From Yuukianura sp. NJ FZ-2021 (taxonomy: Eukaryota), in assembly GCA_046563655.1 (NCBI GenBank), contig CM102289.1:5642001-5706000 (forward strand): DNA of 64,000 nucleotides. The letters run 5' to 3'. The notes under the pieces were generated by a model, which did no database searches, had not been told where the DNA came from, and saw only the letters and a program-made list of their open reading frames with translations. Position numbers and translations under genes: made by a program. Shown in pieces: positions 1 to 9,216 of this stretch. The stretch's first letter is position 1, and each line of letters opens with the position of its first letter.

Positions 1-770
1 TGGTCCTAGTTGCTCGATCTGCTCAAGGATTGCAAGAGACCAAGTCAGAACTGGACAACGCTGGAATCGCTGACATTAAAATTGTGACAGCCACGCTGGA
101 TTTAGAAAAATCCGAGACATCCGACTACCTCAACGTCATCAACACTGCGCTGATTAATACTGGAACTTCCGCGGGTAACTTTGAACATTCACTGCTGGTG
201 CATAATGCTGCAACTGTCAACGATTCCACCCTCCGAGCTATCCAAAATGACAATACTGACGTTGTTCGGGCATATATCGATTTGAATCTAAACTCAATGA
301 TTGTTCTCACGTCCCAATTTTTCAAGATTTTCCACGATGCGGAGAAACAGCGAACCTTGATTAACATCTCCGACATGTCGTCACCCTCTGGTGGACAAAT
401 AATATATAAAATGTACAGCTTGTACTGCATTTGTAAAGCCGCTCGTGAAACATTCATGAAAAGTGTTGCTGTCGAGGATCCTTCAATTGCTTGTATTAAC
501 TATTGTCCAGGAGCAGTCGATACCGATATGCTATCCTACGTAACGAAGACCACCACGGATCCCGAACTTCGACAACAGTTGGATGAAACTGTTTCTTCTG
601 GAAGAGTATTGGCTCCAATTCAAACCGTGGCAAAACTGATTGCAATTCTGGAATCTAAGAAATTTACCAAGGCAGAGCATGTGGACTACTACGACGACGA
701 GGACCCCAGTACATGTCATTACGTTGTGGGCTCATCGGTATCATCATCAGTTTCGAAAATTGAAAAATAA
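1..770 (+). CDS. Divergent sepiapterin reductase-like SDR, copy 1 (5' end lies outside the window)
   Basis: The frame is open from the window edge to TAA at 768-770 and carries YxxxK (LYCICKAAR), PGAVDTDM and HVDYYD, as in SPR. It appears identical to 2838-3607. Confidence 0.9.
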   Translation, partial: VLVARSAQGLQETKSELDNAGIADIKIVTATLDLEKSETSDYLNVINTALINTGTSAGNFEHSLLVHNAATVNDSTLRAIQNDNTDVVRAYIDLNLNSMIVLTSQFFKIFHDAEKQRTLINISDMSSPSGGQIIYKMYSLYCICKAARETFMKSVAVEDPSIACINYCPGAVDTDMLSYVTKTTTDPELRQQLDETVSSGRVLAPIQTVAKLIAILESKKFTKAEHVDYYDDEDPSTCHYVVGSSVSSSVSKIEK

Positions 771-1491
771 GTTTATTTTGAGAACAACCAAAATTTCTAT
801 CTGATAATATATAATATATAATATATCTATAAGGTCAAGACAAACAATTTAAATTAAAAAAATTCGTTTCAATTAAACAAGGCAATAGAAGCCATTTCTT
901 TTTAAGAAGTCGCCTCCCGTAAAATTTGGCAGTAGCAAACTGCTTGCATGCATTTGCATCACAACTTTGTCTTCGGAAGGCGAAAGTTGTTCAGAATTTG
1001 ACCTTTCTCATCTTCCCATCATTTGCAGTATTTTTTCAAAAATAAATCTGGAAACTCCAGCATCGTGGAGCACTATGATAAGCAGATCTCGATGAGATTT
1101 TTTTTTCTGTTTGGTACGGAGGCTGCGTTGAATCTCCTCTCAAGGTCAACTGCTCTTATTCTGCTGTCTTCTGCAACAGGTTTTCTCCGGAATACATTTT
1201 GAAAACTTTCGTCTTGCAGTTGCAGTGCTCTGACTGGTAAGAAAAACTATGTCTTTGTTAGTTAACACTGTGACGAAATAACGATACTAAAAACCTTACC
1301 GTAGTATGTAACATGTATGAGATTCCGATTCTGAGAAAACAGACAGATCGGTCGAAGTGCGAATAAGTAGAATTCAACTGCGACTTAAAGTAAACGTTAC
1401 ATATTCATAATGTATTTATATCAGTTATAAGACATTTTGTTTTACATTGTATTACATGCATAAGTATTCATTGTGTTCTTTATTTGGTTGA

Positions 1492-1995
1492 AGTAAACTT
1501 GGCGGCCAGACTGTCCCCACCCGTTTGAATTTTCGCGCTGCTTCCATTGTACCCACCCAGTGTCTCCATCGGATGGATACATTTGTCCCCACCACAACCA
1601 AAAGCAGTACGTCCACCTAGCGGCAATACAGTAACCTCCGAATTCAAGCTGGCAACGTTTTTTCTTTTTGATTTGGTAAATCCTGTTATATTTTCCCGCG
1701 CCGAAGGCGCGGCGGTAGGTTTGGTAAAGCACTCAATACTGATTAAGTCTGTAGCTTTAACTTATTCAGTTGCGCTATGTTGATTACATCTGCCATGGGT
1801 GGGCACAATGCAGCAATGCTACAACGTTGCCAGCTCGAATTCGCTAATTCCACTTCAGCCGCTAGGGGGACTCTCGGTGTACGACTGGTGGGTTATCCAT
1901 CCGATGTATCCATCCGGTGGGGACAATGGGTGGGTACAATCGAGGCAGCGCGAAATTTTGAACGGGTGGGGACAGTCTGGCCGCCCAAGTTTACT
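1492..1995. mobile_element. Foldback/MITE-like element, family A, copy 1
   Basis: AGTAAACTTGGCGGCCAGACTGTCCCCACCCGTT... at the left end is matched by ...AACGGGTGGGGACAGTCTGGCCGCCCAAGTTTACT at the right. The inverted repeat is close over ~90 bp and looser out to ~165 bp. Internal hairpin CCGCGCC-GAA-GGCGCGG; no credible ORF. Confidence 0.8.
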
Positions 1996-2023
1996 CCGAC
2001 CCTTTATTTTGTTATAGACTAAC

Positions 2024-2104
2024 ATGGAATTTTGGAATCAGCGTACGTTTTGCTTGATTACTGGAGCGTCCAGGGGAATTGGAAAATGCATGGCGGTGGA
2101 CTGA
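2024..2104 (+). pseudogene. 5' stub of the canonical SPR gene (26 codons), truncated at the duplication junction
   Basis: Encodes MEFWNQRTFCLITGASRGIGKCMAVD*. The first 77 nt are identical to 8177-8253, followed by unrelated sequence. Confidence 0.9.
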
Positions 2105-2728
2105 GGCAAATATAAAGTTGTGCAATGCAAGAAAGCAATACCGCAGGAAAAATTATTATTCTTCCATACTAAAAGAAAAACTGTAAGTGTCTTTGAATAT
2201 TCTGAATCTAGCGTGAACTCGAAAGATGTTGATTTGGTTTCGTGAGTTGCTATGCTACGTGTGATTCAAGGTCAACTAAACTACATGACCTTGCATGGAG
2301 CTCTCCAGATTCTGGAGCTGCACTCACATATTTTTCTTTGTTGCTCCGCTCACTCCCGTGTCTGAAAAAAAAACTTTTTTGTGACTATAGTCTTACCATT
2401 TTTTTCAACTTTATCAAACAAGTTAGTCTGCCTCAATTCTTGGTACTCTACCTCCAGGAAAAAATCTAGACGATATAATATTCTACTTTTAATTGCTCAA
2501 AATGTCTTCAACCTGCCTTCGGCAGGTGCAAGTTTTTCATTAAATAAAAAGACTGATAGTTCTCACAAAAAAAGTTACTCCGCTTTTTATTTAATTCGCA
2601 CACCGACCGACCTGTCGAGGTGAACGCAAGGTTTGCTGAAAGTTTTGCTTTTGAAAACTTGTGTTTAAGTATAAGTAATACTTAAAATTTTTGTAGCAAT
2701 TGATTCTATACGTTTGTCACAGGTTAAG

Positions 2729-3607
2729 ATGGAATTCTGGAATCAACGAACATTTTGTCTAATCACTGGAGCTTCCAGGGGAATTGGAAGATGTATTGCA
2801 GTGGAATTTGGGAAGAAAGTTGGAGCTGGATCCGTATTGGTCCTAGTTGCTCGATCTGCTCAAGGATTGCAAGAGACCAAGTCAGAACTGGACAACGCTG
2901 GAATCGCTGACATTAAAATTGTGACAGCCACGCTGGATTTAGAAAAATCCGAGACATCCGACTACCTCAACGTCATCAACACTGCGCTGATTAATACTGG
3001 AACTTCCGCGGGTAACTTTGAACATTCACTGCTGGTGCATAATGCTGCAACTGTCAACGATTCCACCCTCCGAGCTATCCAAAATGACAATACTGACGTT
3101 GTTCGGGCATATATCGATTTGAATCTAAACTCAATGATTGTTCTCACGTCCCAATTTTTCAAGATTTTCCACGATGCGGAGAAACAGCGAACCTTGATTA
3201 ACATCTCCGACATGTCGTCACCCTCTGGTGGACAAATAATATATAAAATGTACAGCTTGTACTGCATTTGTAAAGCCGCTCGTGAAACATTCATGAAAAG
3301 TGTTGCTGTCGAGGATCCTTCAATTGCTTGTATTAACTATTGTCCAGGAGCAGTCGATACCGATATGCTATCCTACGTAACGAAGACCACCACGGATCCC
3401 GAACTTCGACAACAGTTGGATGAAACTGTTTCTTCTGGAAGAGTATTGGCTCCAATTCAAACCGTGGCAAAACTGATTGCAATTCTGGAATCTAAGAAAT
3501 TTACCAAGGCAGAGCATGTGGACTACTACGACGACGAGGACCCCAGTACATGTCATTACGTTGTGGGCTCATCGGTATCATCATCAGTTTCGAAAATTGA
3601 AAAATAA
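2729..3607 (+). CDS. Divergent sepiapterin reductase-like SDR, copy 2 (292 aa)
   Basis: ATG at 2729 follows an acceptor-like TCACAG (2717-2722). Motifs: TGASRGIG Rossmann motif, HNAA in place of HNAG, YxxxK, HVDYYD, plus a C-terminal extension. The CDS has no introns. Confidence 0.92.
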   Translation: MEFWNQRTFCLITGASRGIGRCIAVEFGKKVGAGSVLVLVARSAQGLQETKSELDNAGIADIKIVTATLDLEKSETSDYLNVINTALINTGTSAGNFEHSLLVHNAATVNDSTLRAIQNDNTDVVRAYIDLNLNSMIVLTSQFFKIFHDAEKQRTLINISDMSSPSGGQIIYKMYSLYCICKAARETFMKSVAVEDPSIACINYCPGAVDTDMLSYVTKTTTDPELRQQLDETVSSGRVLAPIQTVAKLIAILESKKFTKAEHVDYYDDEDPSTCHYVVGSSVSSSVSKIEK

Positions 3608-4328
3608 GTTTATTTTGAGAACAACCAAAATTTCTATCTGATAATATATAATATATAATATATCTATAAGGTCAAGACAAACAATTTAAATTAAAAAAAT
3701 TCGTTTCAATTAAACAAGGCAATAGAAGCCATTTCTTTTTAAGAAGTCGCCTCCCGTAAAATTTGGCAGTAGCAAACTGCTTGCATGCATTTGCATCACA
3801 ACTTTGTCTTCGGAAGGCGAAAGTTGTTCAGAATTTGACCTTTCTCATCTTCCCATCATTTGCAGTATTTTTTCAAAAATAAATCTGGAAACTCCAGCAT
3901 CGTGGAGCACTATGATAAGCAGATCTCGATGAGATTTTTTTTTCTGTTTGGTACGGAGGCTGCGTTGAATCTCCTCTCAAGGTCAACTGCTCTTATTCTG
4001 CTGTCTTCTGCAACAGGTTTTCTCCGGAATACATTTTGAAAACTTTCGTCTTGCAGTTGCAGTGCTCTGACTGGTAAGAAAAACTATGTCTTTGTTAGTT
4101 AACACTGTGACGAAATAACGATACTAAAAACCTTACCGTAGTATGTAACATGTATGAGATTCCGATTCTGAGAAAACAGACAGATCGGTCGAAGTGCGAA
4201 TAAGTAGAATTCAACTGCGACTTAAAGTAAACGTTACATATTCATAATGTATTTATATCAGTTATAAGACATTTTGTTTTACATTGTATTACATGCATAA
4301 GTATTCATTGTGTTCTTTATTTGGTTGA

Positions 4329-4832
4329 AGTAAACTTGGCGGCCAGACTGTCCCCACCCGTTTGAATTTTCGCGCTGCTTCCATTGTACCCACCCAGTGT
4401 CTCCATCGGATGGATACATTTGTCCCCACCACAACCAAAAGCAGTACGTCCACCTAGCGGCAATACAGTAACCTCCGAATTCAAGCTGGCAACGTTTTTT
4501 CTTTTTGATTTGGTAAATCCTGTTATATTTTCCCGCGCCGAAGGCGCGGCGGTAGGTTTGGTAAAGCACTCAATACTGATTAAGTCTGTAGCTTTAACTT
4601 ATTCAGTTGCGCTATGTTGATTACATCTGCCATGGGTGGGCACAATGCAGCAATGCTACAACGTTGCCAGCTCGAATTCGCTAATTCCACTTCAGCCGCT
4701 AGGGGGACTCTCGGTGTACGACTGGTGGGTTATCCATCCGATGTATCCATCCGGTGGGGACAATGGGTGGGTACAATCGAGGCAGCGCGAAATTTTGAAC
4801 GGGTGGGGACAGTCTGGCCGCCCAAGTTTACT
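4329..4832. mobile_element. Foldback/MITE-like element, family A, copy 2
   Basis: Same sequence as 1492-1995, carried along with the tandem duplication. Confidence 0.8.
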
Positions 4833-4860
4833 CCGACCCTTTATTTTGTTATAGACTAAC

Positions 4861-4941
4861 ATGGAATTTTGGAATCAGCGTACGTTTTGCTTGATTACTG
4901 GAGCGTCCAGGGGAATTGGAAAATGCATGGCGGTGGACTGA
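4861..4941 (+). pseudogene. Second 5' stub of the canonical SPR gene
   Basis: Identical to 2024-2104. Confidence 0.9.
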
Positions 4942-5414
4942 GGCAAATATAAAGTTGTGCAATGCAAGAAAGCAATACAGCAGCAAAAATTATTATTCTT
5001 CATACTAAAAGAAAAACTGTAGTATCTTTGAATATTCTGAATCTAGCGTGAACTCGAAAGATCTTCGTTTTGCTTTGAGTTGCTGCGTGTGATTCAAGGT
5101 CAACTACAATCCTGTACTTTGTGACCTTGGAGCTCTCCAGATTCTGGAGCTGAACTCACATATTTTTCTTTGTTGCTCCATTCACTAAAGCGTCTGAAAA
5201 AAAAAACTTTTTTTGTGACTAGTCTTACCATTTTTATCAACTTTATCAAACAAGATTTACTCTGCTTTTTATTTAATTTTAATTCACACACCAACCTGTC
5301 GAGTTGAACGCAAGGTTTGCTGAAAGGTTTGATTTTGAAAACCTTTGTGTTTAAGTATAAGTAATACTTAAAATTTTTGTGGCAATTGATTCTATACGTT
5401 CGTCACAGGTTAAG

Positions 5415-6293
5415 ATGGAATTCTGGAATCAACGAACATTTTGTCTAATCACTGGAGCTTCCAGGGGAATTGGAAGATGTATTGCAGTGGAATTTGGGAA
5501 GAAAGTTGGATCTGGATCCGTATTGGTCCTAGTTGCTCGATCTGCTCAAGGTTTGCAAGAAACCAAGTCAGAACTGGACAACGCTGGAATCGCTGACATT
5601 AAAATTGTGACAGCTACGCTGGATTTAGAAAAATCCGAGACATCCGACTACCTCGACGTCATCAACACTGCGTTGATTACTACTGGAACTTCCGCGGGTA
5701 ACTTTGAACATTCACTTCTGGTGCATAATGCTGCAACTGTCAACGATTCCACCCTCCGAGCTATCCAAAATGACAATACTGACGTTGTTCGGGCATATAT
5801 CGATTTGAATCTAAACTCAATGATTGTTCTCACATCCCAATTTTTCAAGATTTTCCACGATGCGGAGAAACAGCGAACCTTGATTAACATCGCCGACATG
5901 GCGTCACCCTCTGGTGTACCAGTAATAGTTAAAATGTTAGGCTTGTACAGCATTTGTAAAGCCGCTCGTGAAACATTCATGAAAATTGTTGCTGTCGAGG
6001 ATCCTTCAATTGCTTGTATTAACTATTCTCCAGGAGTAGTCGATACCGATATGCTATCCTACGTAATGAAGACCACCACGGATTCCGAACTTCGACAACA
6101 ACTGGATGAAACTATTTCTTCTGGAAGATTATTGGCTCCCATTCAAACCGTTGCAAAACTGATTAAAATTCTGGAGTCTAAAAAATTTACGAAGGCAGAG
6201 CATGTCGACTACTACGACGACGAGGACCCCAGTAAATGCCATTTCGTGGTGGCCTCATCGGTATCATCATCAGTTTCGAAAATTGAAAAATAA
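5415..6293 (+). CDS. Divergent sepiapterin reductase-like SDR, copy 3 (292 aa)
   Basis: Intact ORF and close paralog of copy 2, with differences clustered in INIADMASPSGVPVIVKMLGLYSICK. Confidence 0.92.
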   Translation: MEFWNQRTFCLITGASRGIGRCIAVEFGKKVGSGSVLVLVARSAQGLQETKSELDNAGIADIKIVTATLDLEKSETSDYLDVINTALITTGTSAGNFEHSLLVHNAATVNDSTLRAIQNDNTDVVRAYIDLNLNSMIVLTSQFFKIFHDAEKQRTLINIADMASPSGVPVIVKMLGLYSICKAARETFMKIVAVEDPSIACINYSPGVVDTDMLSYVMKTTTDSELRQQLDETISSGRLLAPIQTVAKLIKILESKKFTKAEHVDYYDDEDPSKCHFVVASSVSSSVSKIEK

Positions 6294-6966
6294 GTTTATT
6301 TTGAGAACAACCAAAATTTCTGTCAGATCAATATAAGGTCAAGACAAACCATTTAAATAAAAAAATTCGTTTCAATTGAACAAGGCAGTAGAAGACATTT
6401 CTTTTTAAGTAGAAGTCGCCTCCCGTCATATTAAAATTTGGCAGTAGCAAACTGCTTGCTTGCATTTGCATCACAACTTTCTCTTCGGAAGGCGAAAGTT
6501 GTTCAGAATTTGATCTTTCTCATTTTCCCATCATTTGCAGTATTTTTCCAAAAATAAATCTGGAAACTCCAGCATCGTGAGCACAATGATAAGCAGATCT
6601 CGATGAGATTTTTTTTCCGTTTGGTACGGAGGCTGCGTTGAATCTCCTCTCAAGGTCAACTGCTCTTCTGCTGTCTTCTGCAACAGGTTTTCTCCGGAAT
6701 CTGAATAGGAAGATACATTTTGAAAACTTTCGTCTTGCAGTTGCAAGTGCTCTGACTGGTAAGAAAAACTATGTCTTTGTTAGTTAACACTGTGACGAAA
6801 TAACGATACTAAAAACCTTACCGTAGTATGTAACATGTCTGAGATTCCGATTCTGAGAAAACAGACAGATCGATCGATGTGCGAATAAGTAGAATTCAAC
6901 TGCGACTTAAAGTAAACGTTACATATTCATAATGTATTGACATCAGTTATAAGACATTTTGTTCTA

Positions 6967-7608
6967 CCGAGTGGAAAATAATTCCTTTCCAAGCCATGTA
7001 TAAGAACGCGACGGAGTTGGGCGGAGTTTGGATGGCGGGAACCGAAAATTTGAACGGTTGACTTTCCGCTGAGGTGACAAAAGTGTTCACATCTGGTCTT
7101 GTTTATTCTCATCCTTTGACTCATTCTTTTACTTCACTCTAGTTAATTGTTTTAACAATTAACGTCATTAATGAATCCTTTAAACCCTACTAGAGTGAGC
7201 TTTAGTGTGCAGCAGCGAGGCTTTATAGTCTAAACTTACCTCACACACACACACAGATTGTAATTTTTAATCTTTAATCTATTAGGAGTACCGCACAACT
7301 AATTGGCTTCATCAGTCCCCACAATCCTGTGAGACAAAGACAAAGACTCCTAAGGCTCGCTGCTGCACACTAAAGCTCACTCTAGTAGGGTTTAAAGGAT
7401 TCATTAATGACGTTAATTGTTAAAACAATTAACTAGAGTGAAGTAAAAGAATGAGTGAAAGGATGAGAATAAACAAGACCAGATGTGAACACTTTTGTCA
7501 CCTCAGCGGAAAGTCAACCGTTCAAATTTTCGGTTCCCGCCATCCAAACTCCGCCCAACTCCGTCGCGTTCTTATACATGGCTTGGAAAGGAATTATTTT
7601 CCACTCGG
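6967..7608. mobile_element. Young non-autonomous TA-targeting (Tc1/mariner-type) MITE/foldback with 253-bp TIRs, family B
   Basis: Structure TA|CCGAGTGGAAAATAATTCC...GGAATTATTTTCCACTCGG|TA. Arms 6967-7219 and 7356-7608 are reverse complements with one mismatch seen; the spacer is 136 bp. The element is absent from the paralogous sites near 1445 and 4282. Confidence 0.92.
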
Positions 7609-7643
7609 TACATAAGTATTTATTGTGTTCTTTATGTGGTTGA

Positions 7644-8148
7644 AGTAAACGTGGGCGGCCAGACTGTCCCCACCCGTTTGAATTTTCGCGCTGCTTCCAT
7701 TGTACCCACCCAGTGTCTCCATCGGATGGATACATTTGTCCCCACCACAACCAAAAGCAGTACGTCCACCTAGCGGCAATACAGTAACCTCCGAATTCAA
7801 GCTGGCAACGTTTTTTCTTTTTGATTTGGTAAATCCTGTTATATTTTCCCGCGCCGAAGGCGCGGCGGTAGGTTTGGTAAAGCACTCAATACTGATTAAG
7901 TCTGTAGCTTTAACTTATTCAGTTGCGCTATGTTGATTACATCTGCCATGGGTGGGCACAATGCAGCAATGCTACAACGTTGCCAGCTCGAATTCGCTAA
8001 TTCCACTTCAGCCGCTAGGGGGACTCTCGGTGTACGACTGGTGGGTTATCCATCCGATGTATCCATCCGGTGGGGACACTGGGTGGGTACAATCGAGGCA
8101 GCGCGAAATTTTGAACGGGTGGGGACAGTCTGGCCGCCCAAGTTTACT
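7644..8148. mobile_element. Foldback/MITE-like element, family A, copy 3
   Basis: Near-identical to 1492-1995. It ends ~20 nt before the acceptor-like TTATAG (8165-8170) that precedes the SPR ATG. Confidence 0.8.
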
Positions 8149-8176
8149 CCGACCCTTTATTTTGTTATAGACTAAC

Positions 8177-8989
8177 ATGGAATTTTGGAATCAGCGTACG
8201 TTTTGCTTGATTACTGGAGCGTCCAGGGGAATTGGAAAATGCATGGCGGTGGAATTTGGGAAGAAAGTTGGATCTGGATCCGTATTGGTTCTAGTTGCTC
8301 GATCTGCTCAAGGATTGCAAGAAACCAAGTCAGAACTGGACAATGCTGGAATCGCTGACATTAAAATTGTGACAGCTACGCTGGATTTAGAAAAATCCGA
8401 GACATCCGACTACCTCAATCTCATCAACACTGCGCTGATTACTACTGGAACCTCCGCCGGTGACTTTGAACATTCACTTCTGGTTCACAATGCGGGATCC
8501 ACCGGAGACGTTACACTTCGAGCTATTCAACACGACAATTCAGACATTCTTCGCGGCTACTTCGATTTAAACCTAAACTCGATGATTCTTCTAACATCCC
8601 AATTTTTTAAGATCTTCAATGATGCTGAAAAACAACGAAGCATGATTAACATCACGTCACTCGCTGGGGTGCAACCATTTAAAACATTCAGTTTGTACTG
8701 CATCGGCAAAGCCGCTCGAGAAACATTCATGAAAAATGTGGCAGCTGAAGATCCATCAATTTCGTGCATTAACTACGCTCCGGGACCAGTCGATACAGAG
8801 ATGTACTCCTATGTGTCGCAAAACACCTCGGATGAGGAAGTTCGACAGCAATTCGCTGAAACGACTTCGTCTGGAAGTGTATTAACTCCAATTCAAACCG
8901 TTTCTAAACTGATTCGAATTCTGGAATCTAAGAAATTTACAAAGGCGGAGCATGTGGACTACTACGACGATGAGCCTGCACGAAAATAA
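8177..8989 (+). CDS. SPR: Sepiapterin reductase, canonical copy (270 aa)
   Basis: TGASRGIG, HNAGSTGD, catalytic S-Y-K in INITSLAGVQPFKTFSLYCIGKAAR, YAPGPVDTEM and C-terminal HVDYYD all match the SPR family pattern. Confidence 0.93.
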   Translation: MEFWNQRTFCLITGASRGIGKCMAVEFGKKVGSGSVLVLVARSAQGLQETKSELDNAGIADIKIVTATLDLEKSETSDYLNLINTALITTGTSAGDFEHSLLVHNAGSTGDVTLRAIQHDNSDILRGYFDLNLNSMILLTSQFFKIFNDAEKQRSMINITSLAGVQPFKTFSLYCIGKAARETFMKNVAAEDPSISCINYAPGPVDTEMYSYVSQNTSDEEVRQQFAETTSSGSVLTPIQTVSKLIRILESKKFTKAEHVDYYDDEPARK

Positions 8990-9216
8990 CACTAAAATAA
9001 GTTCGATTATCGTCGAGTCTGGGCTAATTTTTTTCATTTAGCCTTCCCTTTTCTGAATTATTGCTAAAAACAATTTCCAACTACAAGCTACTTCCTTTTG
9101 GCACATAATTTCTCACTAACTCGATTGATCTTTGTACTAAACTTACCGACTAGGTATACAGCACGAAATTTCTAATGTCGTGTAACAGGTCATGGATTCA
9201 TTGCATCATAAATAAA

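Larger units (their letters stand above)
1..8253 (+). repeat. Tandem segmental duplication with a ~2.8 kb unit (divergent SPR-like gene, spacer, foldback element, first 77 nt of canonical SPR)
   Basis: 1-2140 recurs at 2838-4977 (offset 2837, no differences seen by eye). A third, more diverged unit runs from ~4938 into the intact SPR at 8177. The junction GCGGTGGA|CTGAGGC occurs at 2100 and 4937. Confidence 0.95.

Noticed and set aside
125..8769. Minus-strand ORFs (125-457, 2962-3294, 5648-5980, 8557-8769) and short ORFs inside the foldback elements
   Set aside because: They are antisense shadows of the SPR coding frames or chance frames in inverted repeats, and they recur only because the DNA is duplicated.
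1..8989. Horizontal transfer or bacterial operon, suggested by the intronless tandem SDR genes
   Set aside because: The proteins carry animal SPR-type motifs, have splice-acceptor-like leaders, and sit directly beside intron-rich animal genes.
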